In this document: positions 12,557 through 22,083 of the stretch, in pieces | Numbering within the stretch: the first letter of the stretch is position 1 | Layout of the letters: the number at the start of each line of letters is the position of its first letter | From: Hormiphora californensis | Lineage: Eukaryota > Animalia > Ctenophora | Reading direction: 5' to 3' | Assembly: GCA_020137815.1 (NCBI GenBank) | Contig: CM035358.1 | Coordinates: 7,502,001-7,566,000 of the forward strand | DNA: 64,000 bases | Notes under the pieces: generated by a model | Seen by the model: the letters and a program-made list of their open reading frames with translations, nothing else | What the model was told of the DNA's origin: nothing | The model's database searches: none | Translations under genes and position numbers: made by a program

Positions 12557-13804
12557 ATGTACAAGTGACCACCCCTGGAAACTATCCCTGAAGCCGACGA
12601 AAAAGCTATCCTGGGAAAGCAGAAGGCTATCCTGTCGGAGCTAAGTAAGGATTCTGATTGCGGTGATGAGGTTAAGCGAGTCCTGAAGGCCTACAACCCG
12701 GCAGCAAAGAAGTATCAGACCAACCTGAACAACCTGGATAAGTTTGATGTTCCTGTACTGGAGGAGGCCGCTGTTTTTCTGGGAGGTAAGCCCCGGACCG
12801 ACGATGGAGTCAGCAGAAGGTACCGTAGCAAATCTAGCCTCATTGACTGGCTAATCATGGCTATCGAGGGTCTCTTCCCTCAGTTTTGCGAGACCTGTGA
12901 GTTGGATTACACAATGAAACGAGGAGAGAAATCCAGGTTCAACTGCAGTAGCGGTGGTGGTGGTAGCCACAACTGCCACCTAATCCAGGAGCAGCCCAAG
13001 TGTAGTGTCCCTGGTTTTGTTTGGATTTGCTCAGGCTGCATGAAAAAGAACAGACTGGAAACTTTCTCTGGCGAAAACGGGGAGTTTGCCAGTCCTCCTA
13101 AAAGTGCAGCTAGTGAGGCAAATGATGACAGTTTGAGGAGGAAGTTCAGTTTCTTGTCGACAGCTGAGGTTGGTGAGAAACCAGGGGAGCTCACCACAGC
13201 CGGGGACAGGAAGGAGAAAGAACTACCCAAGGAAACAGAGAAAAAGATCGATAGTGAGGCTGACAAACCAATCCCAGTGTGCCAGCAATACCTTCAACAT
13301 CGCTGTAAGCATGGTCGTGCTGGAACGAAGAATGTCGGTGGAGTTGCTTGCCAGAGGTCACACCCTCCGCTGTGCCGGAAGTACTGCTCACATGGATCTA
13401 TGAAGAAGTACGGATGTCAGCTGGGTAAGGAATGTCGCTATTTCCACCCACCCCTGTGTCGTTCCTCGCAGTTCAGTCATCAATGTCTCAAGACTGACTG
13501 TCGTTTTCAGCATCTGAGGAACACACGTCGTGCTCCTGCCAACGTGAAGCCAAATAACACCCAGGCAACCGACGTGAGCAGGCCAAAAACCATGACACCC
13601 TATGCTACAAGCACTACGGATATGAACACTAATATACCACGGTCCCAGCAACCGAGCTCCAATGCATCACGGGAGCCAGCCCCATTTGATGAGCAGGCTT
13701 TTTTCGAAAGACTCTTGGGGGCGATGGACGCGAGAATGGACGCGAGAATGAGAGAAATGCTAGACGTGAGACTGGATCCAAGACGAACGTGGAGGGAACG
13801 TTAG
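12557..13804 (+). CDS. LINE ORF1 (PHD-like + CCCH zinc fingers); in-frame TGA at codon 4
   Basis: Frame open 12569-13804. CETC…WICSGC motif and repeated C-x7/11-C-x5-C-x3-H motifs. Confidence 0.8.
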
Positions 13805-16764
13805 GGCCTGTCTCGCCTACGAGCAAACTTTTACTGTTAAATGGGAGAAGTTTAAGTCCAGCAGGTGATACATGTTGGAAACTTGGGCTTATTAGAGACT
13901 ATGTTAAGCAAGAGAAAACTCCCATAGTAACCATTGCAGTAACTGAGACTTGGTTTAAAGGCTATCATTCTGATGCCCAGGTTCAGATACCAGGGTATGA
14001 CGTGTATAGAAGTGATAGAGAAAACCGAGTGGGCGGTGGCTGTGCCTTATATGTTCAATGTTCGCTGGCTGTTTCTGATACTACATGTTTTGCGAGTGCG
14101 AATAACAATATGTGTGCTGTTTATGTTGAACAAATAAACACTATTTATGCTGTTGTGTATCGCTCTGAGTCAAGTGTGTTAGATTTTCAAAAGCTGATGG
14201 ACAATCTCCAGACTTTTATTGATAATCACAGTGATGATCGATTACCAGAGGTCATAGTTTCTGGGGACTTTAATCTTCCTCTTTTTCAGTGGGCTGATGG
14301 GTCGTCTGTTCCGGTTGACAAGCCCAACTACAATGTTGTTGCTGATTTCATGGACGCAAACTTTCTATCCCAAGTTGTTGAGGGCCCTACAAGAGGCAAC
14401 AACACGTTAGACCTTGTGTTTACTAACCGCCCGGAATATTTCAGCGATATCTCTATTACGGATGGGGGTATCTCGGATCATTCCTGGGTATCATGTGAAC
14501 TCTCATTCAACCCTCTCGGTCCCAAAAGTATATTTCTTCCCAGTATACTTGAGGGTTATCGGCAATTGGATCTACAGTCGGCTGACTTCACTAGTATTGA
14601 TGCAGAACTAGCGGCTACTGATTGGGATCAAATGTTGACGGAATGTGAAGAACTGGGAGATGAGGATGGTTCCCTTTTTGTGGAGGCCATGCGTGACAAA
14701 GTTTTCAAAGTTGTAAAGTCACACTGTCGATTGAAGAAAATCAGGAAAGAGTTTGTGGACAAAGAACTGAAGCACTTGACCAGCAGGAGACGTAAATTGG
14801 TTAAACGCGAGAACGGTTCAGACAAATGGATATCACAGATGGACTGTATAATTGGCAGGATAAAGGAACACTTGATATCAAGGGAAAAGAAGACAGAGAG
14901 GAAGGCTGTTGACGTTATTAAAGAGAACCCGAAGTTCTTTTATTCACATGTCAAGAAGAAATCTAAAGTCAGATCTTCAGTTGCGCCCCTTGAGCGTGAA
15001 GATGGTTCACTAACTGTGGATCCTCAAGAGAAGGCTGGACTACTCCAACACCAGTTTTCCAGCGTTTTTAGCGACCCTTCCGCTATCGACCCCACAGAGG
15101 CAGCTGGTAACGTTGAGGACCTCGGTGAGATCCTGACAAGTTTGGAGTTCTCGCAGAATTGTATTCAGACTGCGTTGGGGGAACTGAAACCATTCTCAGC
15201 CTCCCCTCCAGACTGCATTCCTTCAGTTGTTCTGAAACAGTGTCGCAGTAGCCTGTCATACCCGATTTGGATGCTGTGGAACAGGTCATTTGAAGACGGT
15301 ACTGTCCCTAGTTGCCTGAAGCAACAATTCATAACTCCGTTGTTCAAAAAGGGGGCTAAATCGAAACCTGAGAATTATCGCCCCGTGTCTATAACGAGCC
15401 ACCTATCTAAGGTGTTTGAGCGGCTGGTTAGGAAGCGGATAGTTGACTACTTGGACGAAATGGGCTTACAGAGTGAGACACAGCATGGATTTAGGACAGG
15501 GCGCAGTACCATGACTCAGCTTCTTACCCATGTTGACTACATTTTAAACGAATTATGCAATGGCCAGGAAGTTGACATAATTTATTTGGATTTCAGCAAG
15601 GCCTTTGACTCAGTTGATATCAATGTTTTGCTGGCTAAGCTGAAAAGGTATGGTATTGGTGGGCAACTTCTTCAGTGGATCAGTGCGTGGATCCTGGGCA
15701 GGAAACAGTGTGTAATGGTGGATGGAGTGAGGTCACTCTGGGTTGACGTGCTTAGTGGGGTTGCCCAGGGCAGTGTGCTTGGACCACTACTTTTTCTCAT
15801 CTATATCCTGGATCTAGAATCAGTGCTGGATGGTAGCATGTGTCTCACTTTTGCCGACGACACAAAGTTGATGAAAGCTATATCGGACATGGCTACTCAG
15901 GCCTGCCTTCAGAACGATCTTTTGAGGGTAACTGAGTGGGCAAGGATGAATAACATGAAGTTACATGAGAACAAATTTCAACTCCTGAGTTATAGACTGA
16001 ATAAGTCGGCGATCCTCAGTGATTTTCCTTTCTCAGCAGAGGTGTTTTCATACACGACCGGGTCAGGGGTTCAGTTGATGCCAGATCCGGATGTCCGTGA
16101 CCTAGGTGTTCAGATGTCTGCGGACGGTTCATGGTCGAAGCATATCTCTACTATTGTGAGGAAGGCTTCTCTTTTGTGTGGTTGGATATTCAGTGTGTTT
16201 AGAGACCGTACACCGGACCTTATGTTGCAACTCTTTAAGTCGTTGGTCAGGCCTATTCTAGAGTATTGTTGCCTAGTCTGGAACCCTTCCAAGGCCAGTG
16301 ATATCAAGGCTATTGAGAATGTACAGAGATGTTTCACCAGACGTCTTGATGGTATGCAGGGTCACGACTATTGGGGTAGACTGAAATTGCTCAATATTAT
16401 GTCCCTTCAGCGTCGGAGGCAGCGCTACATGCTGATCCATGTGTGGAAGACGATTCAGGGTTTTGTACCGAATTCTGCCCACCTAGTAATTCAACAGCAC
16501 GCTAGATTGGGTACGCGGATAGTCCCTCCGCCTTACCCCTATAGAGCAGAAACGAAACGAGCTAATCAATTTCATTGCTCATTCGGTCCTAGAGCAGCTC
16601 ATTTATGGAACACTCTACCAGCTGCTGTTAATTCTTGTGTGAGCTTGAATCAGTTCAAATCATCATTGGGGAATTACTTGACAGGATTTCACGATCGTCC
16701 TCCAGTCAGAGGGTACCCGCCACTTCCCAATGACCTTTCGCCTCAATGTGCTGTGCTGTGCTGA
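13693..16764 (+). CDS. LINE ORF2: AP endonuclease + reverse transcriptase (no AUG start)
   Basis: VTETW, GDFN, SDH (APE). YRPVS, QHGF, DFSKAFD, QGSVLGP, FADD (RT). Confidence 0.95.
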   Translation, partial: AGFFRKTLGGDGRENGRENERNARRETGSKTNVEGTLGPVSPTSKLLLLNGRSLSPAGDTCWKLGLIRDYVKQEKTPIVTIAVTETWFKGYHSDAQVQIPGYDVYRSDRENRVGGGCALYVQCSLAVSDTTCFASANNNMCAVYVEQINTIYAVVYRSESSVLDFQKLMDNLQTFIDNHSDDRLPEVIVSGDFNLPLFQWADGSSVPVDKPNYNVVADFMDANFLSQVVEGPTRGNNTLDLVFTNRPEYFSDISITDGGISDHSWVSCELSFNPLGPKSIFLPSILEGYRQLDLQSADFTSIDAELAATDWDQMLTECEELGDEDGSLFVEAMRDKVFKVVKSHCRLKKIRKEFVDKELKHLTSRRRKLVKRENGSDKWISQMDCIIGRIKEHLISREKKTERKAVDVIKENPKFFYSHVKKKSKVRSSVAPLEREDGSLTVDPQEKAGLLQHQFSSVFSDPSAIDPTEAAGNVEDLGEILTSLEFSQNCIQTALGELKPFSASPPDCIPSVVLKQCRSSLSYPIWMLWNRSFEDGTVPSCLKQQFITPLFKKGAKSKPENYRPVSITSHLSKVFERLVRKRIVDYLDEMGLQSETQHGFRTGRSTMTQLLTHVDYILNELCNGQEVDIIYLDFSKAFDSVDINVLLAKLKRYGIGGQLLQWISAWILGRKQCVMVDGVRSLWVDVLSGVAQGSVLGPLLFLIYILDLESVLDGSMCLTFADDTKLMKAISDMATQACLQNDLLRVTEWARMNNMKLHENKFQLLSYRLNKSAILSDFPFSAEVFSYTTGSGVQLMPDPDVRDLGVQMSADGSWSKHISTIVRKASLLCGWIFSVFRDRTPDLMLQLFKSLVRPILEYCCLVWNPSKASDIKAIENVQRCFTRRLDGMQGHDYWGRLKLLNIMSLQRRRQRYMLIHVWKTIQGFVPNSAHLVIQQHARLGTRIVPPPYPYRAETKRANQFHCSFGPRAAHLWNTLPAAVNSCVSLNQFKSSLGNYLTGFHDRPPVRGYPPLPNDLSPQCAVLC

Positions 16765-18072
16765 TGTGTGTGAGTGTGAAGGGATATTTTTTAACTTAAT
16801 ATTTATTTAGGTGGACCCATTCAGGGAAGGCCTGTTTCTTTATAAATAAAACTTTAATTGTAAACTTGTAAACTTGTAAGAAAAAAATACAATGCGGACG
16901 TACGTGAGCGCTGGCAGGCTGTTTACATGTTATTGTATGTCTCTCACTCTCTCTGGAAAAACCGCACGTGCGGTTGCGCCGCGCGAGATAACTCTTTCTC
17001 AAGGGGGAGAAAAGAGAGAGACGCACATTAACGTTATACATTAAAGTTGAGGTTGTAGGCAATTGCACGTACGTCCATACTCAAATATGTGCTCTACCGG
17101 GATTAATGATTACAGGAGAACGGCTTGAAATATCTCTTAGAGTCTCCGGATGGTTACTCAGGGGACCTAGAGCTAACTTTTGACACCCATGGTTTTACCC
17201 CAAGTTGAAAAAATTTAGTCAGGTTTTTGTTATGATCAGCAACATTTCAACTGCTGATTACACCAAGAAGAAAACAGTTTGTGAAAAAGTAACACCTGTT
17301 TAGAGGTCGTGTCGAGGCTCCAAACAGATGTGACAAAAACTGGAACAATTGGGAGAGGTCGATGTAGTTATCGACTCTACTAGGTGGTGTCTTCCCCTCC
17401 TTCTGATAAAGTTCGTAAATGAAGGCCAGATACACCCGCTCTCACTGCCAGCCCCTCCATCCCCAACATCTCCATGTGCTCCAGGACGTGGCAGCTCACG
17501 TACTGGCCGTCATATATACCGCTCCCTTGATGTGGCTATCCGGGATGTCTGGTAAAACAGCCTTTTTAGGATAGTTTGGGTCAATCCCATCCCAGTATTG
17601 TCCGTGCTTGCTGGATGGCCTATATACAGAACGGATTTGAAACTTGTTCCCTCTGTTTTTATGTCAGGAACCACCACAGCAATTATGGTAGCGAGTCTGT
17701 TCCATAGTTGAGGTGCCCTGAAGCTGAAAGAGTTGTACAACTGCCCTGCCCATTTAGAATCTGCCCAGTAGTGAGAACAATAACCTCGTTCTGAGGTGGG
17801 CCATGGTTCTCCTGTTCTTCTTTAGAGATTCGGGATGAGGCCTGGGAAGTGGGAGTGTCTTCAACAATTTTAGCTTTACTTTTTTGTTTTTTGATTTTTC
17901 CGAAAAAAACAAAAACAATAAATTAATTAATTTCGGTGCCTTCTTCCTCGGTTCAAGCTAGGGTCCTCACTCCTGTTCAATCTTCAGGTTATCAGTTCGG
18001 TGTGTGCCAAAGTGGTAATTGCAATTTTAGCTTTACCAAAAAGTTTTTAGCGCGAGCGAGAGGATTAATTAA

Positions 18073-18189
18073 AGTCCGTTTCAAGCGACTTGACCCGTAA
18101 TTCTTGGAATTTGGCGCATTGCGTGTGTATTTACAAAGGGGAAATCCTGAATTTCCAGGAATCTCAGGTCAAGTCGTTTGAAACGCACT
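18073..18189. mobile_element. Small MITE with AG…CT termini and TTAA target (Kolobok-like)
   Basis: IR AGTCCGTTTCAAGCGACTTGACC / GGTCAAGTCGTTTGAAACGCACT. The left flank is TTAA; the right TTAA is restored when the adjacent LINE is removed. Confidence 0.6.
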
Positions 18190-18296
18190 TTAGTTCAGTT
18201 CAGTTCAAGAATTTGTGAAAACACAGGATACTCTAAAATAATAAGCCTCCTAAAAACACACGGTCAGCTCAGCGAACACAAAATCACACAAGAATG

Positions 18297-21200
18297 TTAC
18301 GAGCACCACTCCAATATTGAGTTGCTGTTGGCTTGGGCAGGGTAACCGCTGACAGGGGGTGTGTCAGGAAAAGTGGAGAGAAAACTACCCAACTGAGATT
18401 TGAACTGGTGAAGAGTTGAAGCCTCTTTTACAGTTCGTGGAAGAATATTCCACAACCTAGCACCTAGTACCGCAAATGACTGTTCATACAATGAAAGGTT
18501 AGATCGTTGGGCTTCATATGAATAACGCGGGACGATAGCTCTTGGGCCAGAGCGGTGCGTATCAGCGAAGGTCATAGCAGTACTGTTAGGTATCTCGTTG
18601 TTATACACTTTCCAAACAAGGATGGCAGTGTACCTTTCCCGACGGCGTTGAAGTGACAAAAGTCCCAAAGTCTGAAGACGTTGCCAGTAATCCAACCCCT
18701 TGAGACCAGCAATCTTGCGAGTGTAGGATCGCTGGATCTCCTCAACACGACTGATATCCCCGATTTTAGTAGGTGACCACAGTGTGCAGCAGTAGTCTAG
18801 ATGGGGACGCACTAGTGACTTGTAAAGAGTCATCATGGTGCGGCGAGTTCTGGATCTGAAGGCACTTAGTGTCCATCCAGCAACCCGACTAGCCGTGGAG
18901 ACTACACGAGATATTTGGGCCGACCATTGCCCATCACTCGAGAGTACAACACCTAAATCACGCACAGTGTCTGAAGGGTCGATGAACCTTCCATCAGAGA
19001 GTTGATAGGAATAGTTCTCAGCACTGAACGGTAGTTCTCTGAGAGAATTGGTTTGATTCAGCGTATAGTTCATGACCTCGAACTTGGACTGGTGCAAGGA
19101 CATGTTGTTAGCTTCCGCCCAGGTTATCACACTGTATAGATCCTTTTGTAGGTTCAGTTTGTCAACCATAGTCCGGATAGCAGAGAATATTTTGGTGTCA
19201 TCAGCGAACGACAGTGAAGAACCGTGTTTGATTACGGATTCCAAGTCAATTACGTAGATCAAAAATAGTAGTGGGCCGAGCACAGTACCTTGTGGGACAC
19301 CGCTTCTGACCTCTGCAAAGGAAGATGATGTGCCGTCGACTAAAACCGTTTGTTTCCGGTCTAGCAAGAAGCTGCGGATCCATTCAAGGAGTTTGCCCTT
19401 AACTCCATATCTCTGCAGTTTTTCGAGTAGCACACCGATGTCAACTTTATCAAACGCCTTCTCGAAGTCCAAGTAGATTACATCCACTTCAAGAAGGTCG
19501 TTGAGATTGTTCAGAATATTGTCAATGTGACGAGTGAGTTGGGATAAGCAGCTCCTCTTGCTTCTAAACCCATGCTGAGACTCGTTGAACAAATTCTCTG
19601 ATTCAAAGTATGACACCATTTGAGATCTTACAACCCTTTCAAAAGTCTTGGCAATGTGGCTGGTTAGTGAGATCGGGCGGTAGTTTTCAGCTTTCATTTT
19701 AGGACCCTTTTTGTAAAGTGGCGCAATGTACTGAAGTTTCAGACAGGGTGGTACAATACCAGAATCAAACGATTTGGCCCATAAGATGGATAGGGGGTAG
19801 GACAGCGATGATCGGCAGTCACGCAGAATTCTGGCAGGTATATCTCCTGGTGGGCCGGCTGAATAAGGATTGAGTTCATACAGTGCCTTTTCAATATCGG
19901 TGGCGGAGAATACGATGTCTGAGAGGCTGCATGTAGAAGGAGTAATGTTGTCTGCAGCTGCTGAAGGGGAGTTTGAAGGAGTGCTGAAGACAGAGGTAAA
20001 TTGTGATTGAAATAGTTCTGCCTTCATCTCGGGAACGTCCGTAAGTGACCCATCACTCAATTGTAAGGGAGGGATGCGTGACCGGGTCTTCCTCTTTCGG
20101 TTGGCGTACGACCAAAAGAATTTAGGGTTGGCTTTTAGTTTCATCAACGCTTCGTTTTCATCAAAATCGAGTCGCTGAGAAATGTGACACAAGATGGCCC
20201 AAGTAATTCTGGAAACACCAACCTCGAGCTGTGGCAAAAGGTGAGGTTTATTCTGCCGGGCTAGAGTAATCCGTTTGTTCAAACTCCGTTGTTTCACTTT
20301 CAGTTTCCTGAGAATAGGGTCCCTTCGTTTTTTACGGGCCTTCTTCATACGAGAGTGGTGGGATAAAACCTGTAAAACAGTCAGGATAAAAAGCTGGACA
20401 AAATCAGAACCGTCGCTGCTCTCGCAAATGTCGGCAAGTGCTACCCAGTCGATCGTGTCCAATTCCTTACACATTTCAGGGAAATCTGCCTCATGAAAGT
20501 CATAAATATCAAAGTCCGTAAATTGATGGTCCAATTGACGACGAGGTTTGATTCCGAAACCAAGGGTAGAGCTGATCATATGGTGATCGGAAATACATGA
20601 CTCTGATACCTCAGTTTTGAAGACATATTCGGGCCGGTTAGTGAGAATAAGGTCCAGAATATTCAAGCCCCTTGTAGGGGCATCAACAAGTTGAGTTAGG
20701 AAATAATCGTTCACAAATTTTATGAACATCTGGGAACAAGTGTCAGATCCTCCACTGAGTGTTCCCCAGTCAATGTCCGGCATATTGAAATCACCCATAA
20801 TGTAGATATCAGGACAACCCTTGTTAAGTTCACACTGATCAATGAAATGGGATAGATCATCAAAAAGTCCATTTGATGGGGAAGATGGCGCCCTGTAAAC
20901 AACACAAAAAACCGAGTGGGTCTCTTTGATGTAAACGGCAGCCGCACTATTGGAAGTGTCAGAGAATCTGAATTCGGAGGAAGGGGTCAGTTGGTTGTTA
21001 ATGTAGAGTGCACAGCCACCACCTCTCCTCCCTGCTCTATCACAACGAATCAGGTGAAACCCTTCAATTTCCAATTGTGCATCAGAGAAATCATCACGCC
21101 ACCAAGTCTCCGTTATGCCGGTGCAAAGGATGGGTTTTGACGGATTCTCCAATGAGTCCTTGATAAAAGAAAACTTCCACCGACAGTCACTAGCCGCGGA

Positions 21201-21446
21201 AGGCGTTAAACTGCGGGCGTTGATGAGGAGTAATTCCGAAACCGTTCCAGAACCCCATGGTAGTTGGTCGGGGTGTTCAGGCTCGGTTGGCTGAGTGTGA
21301 GATGTTTGGGCCGGGGTGTGTGTTCCCTCGTCATCTCTTCCCTGAAGGACTGGAGAGATGAGTTCAGGGACGTCTTCACTTCTCGAAGAATCTCGTCCCT
21401 CACTGAGGCCATCAATGCCATGAGAAAATCCTCTTGTGAACGGATG
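18297..21446 (-). CDS. LINE ORF2: AP endonuclease + reverse transcriptase (no AUG start)
   Basis: LLINARSL, ITETW, GDFN, SDH, YRPIS, QHGF, DFEKAFD, QGTVLGP, FADD. Frame open from 21446. Confidence 0.95.
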   Translation of the reverse strand, partial: HPFTRGFSHGIDGLSEGRDSSRSEDVPELISPVLQGRDDEGTHTPAQTSHTQPTEPEHPDQLPWGSGTVSELLLINARSLTPSAASDCRWKFSFIKDSLENPSKPILCTGITETWWRDDFSDAQLEIEGFHLIRCDRAGRRGGGCALYINNQLTPSSEFRFSDTSNSAAAVYIKETHSVFCVVYRAPSSPSNGLFDDLSHFIDQCELNKGCPDIYIMGDFNMPDIDWGTLSGGSDTCSQMFIKFVNDYFLTQLVDAPTRGLNILDLILTNRPEYVFKTEVSESCISDHHMISSTLGFGIKPRRQLDHQFTDFDIYDFHEADFPEMCKELDTIDWVALADICESSDGSDFVQLFILTVLQVLSHHSRMKKARKKRRDPILRKLKVKQRSLNKRITLARQNKPHLLPQLEVGVSRITWAILCHISQRLDFDENEALMKLKANPKFFWSYANRKRKTRSRIPPLQLSDGSLTDVPEMKAELFQSQFTSVFSTPSNSPSAAADNITPSTCSLSDIVFSATDIEKALYELNPYSAGPPGDIPARILRDCRSSLSYPLSILWAKSFDSGIVPPCLKLQYIAPLYKKGPKMKAENYRPISLTSHIAKTFERVVRSQMVSYFESENLFNESQHGFRSKRSCLSQLTRHIDNILNNLNDLLEVDVIYLDFEKAFDKVDIGVLLEKLQRYGVKGKLLEWIRSFLLDRKQTVLVDGTSSSFAEVRSGVPQGTVLGPLLFLIYVIDLESVIKHGSSLSFADDTKIFSAIRTMVDKLNLQKDLYSVITWAEANNMSLHQSKFEVMNYTLNQTNSLRELPFSAENYSYQLSDGRFIDPSDTVRDLGVVLSSDGQWSAQISRVVSTASRVAGWTLSAFRSRTRRTMMTLYKSLVRPHLDYCCTLWSPTKIGDISRVEEIQRSYTRKIAGLKGLDYWQRLQTLGLLSLQRRRERYTAILVWKVYNNEIPNSTAMTFADTHRSGPRAIVPRYSYEAQRSNLSLYEQSFAVLGARLWNILPRTVKEASTLHQFKSQLGSFLSTFPDTPPVSGYPAQANSNSILEWCS

Positions 21447-21796
21447 TCATTGGTCGCGACACGGGGGTGGGTCTCAGTTTTAATGGTCTTCTTCTTCTTT
21501 TTCTTCTTAGGGTTTTGAGGAGCTGGAGCTGAGCGAGGGGGCTCTTTCTGCTCCACTTTCTGAGAGGCATCACTGGTTTTGTTACCAGTACTCTTCAATG
21601 AATTACCCTTAGTAGGGGGTACTTCACTTCTCCGAGTGTTCTTTAAATGTGTGTCTTTACATTCTTTGTCGGTACAGACTCGGGAGATCTCAGAATTATG
21701 GCAGAGAGGTGGGTGAAAATTCTGACACTTATCACCAAAGTTACACCCAGAACGAGTTGCCGTTCCGTACTGACAATAACGGAGGCATTTCTGGGG
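21206..21796 (-). CDS. 3' part of LINE ORF1 (CCCH fingers)
   Basis: CLRYCQYG…GCNFGDKCQNFHPPLC…CKDTHLKNTRR, homologous to ORF1 at 12557-13804. Confidence 0.85.
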   Translation of the reverse strand, partial: PQKCLRYCQYGTATRSGCNFGDKCQNFHPPLCHNSEISRVCTDKECKDTHLKNTRRSEVPPTKGNSLKSTGNKTSDASQKVEQKEPPRSAPAPQNPKKKKKKKTIKTETHPRVATNDIRSQEDFLMALMASVRDEILREVKTSLNSSLQSFREEMTREHTPRPKHLTLSQPSLNTPTNYHGVLERFRNYSSSTPAV

Positions 21797-22083
21797 ATAA
21801 TAAATTAATAAAGTTTTTTTGGAAAAAAAGATCAACATGCGATCAACATGCGCGGCGTATTTATTGGAACGCGCGTAAGTTTTAAAATTAATACGCCGCG
21901 CAGCCGGTTGTTGTTAACCAGCTCAGCTTTTTTCTTCTTTTTTTTTCAGCTGCGTTGTTTCTCAAAAAAGTCCTCCCTTGCTTGAAAAGTGTTGCCGCCT
22001 GCCTTATCCCCCCGTGTTGTTTTCCTCGAGGGTTCTACACAACTAAATAACACCTTATCGTGTAGTCACATGATGTAGCTAGA

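Larger units (their letters stand above)
12517..16879 (+). mobile_element. Near-full-length CR1-group non-LTR retrotransposon
   Basis: ORF1 with PHD-like and tandem CCCH fingers, ORF2 with APE + RT, AATAAA and a (TTGTAAAC)x~3 tail at 16858-16879. Confidence 0.9.
12230..17382. mobile_element. Non-autonomous DNA transposon with 287-bp TIRs enclosing a LINE
   Basis: 12230-12516 is the near-perfect reverse complement of 17096-17382. Termini TAG…CTA, with GGT on both flanks (3-bp TSD, Academ-like by inference). Confidence 0.85.
18193..21796 (-). mobile_element. 5'-truncated CR1-group non-LTR retrotransposon
   Basis: Partial ORF1 (CCCH), intact ORF2, (GAACT)n tail at ~18193-18207. Confidence 0.9.

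Noticed and set aside
12222-17390. 8-bp hAT-type TSD (GGAGGGGT / GGTGGTGT) or TA TSD for the TIR element
   Set aside because: Two mismatches despite near-identical TIRs. The 3-bp GGT duplication is exact and restores the interrupted reading frame, although TA cannot be fully excluded.
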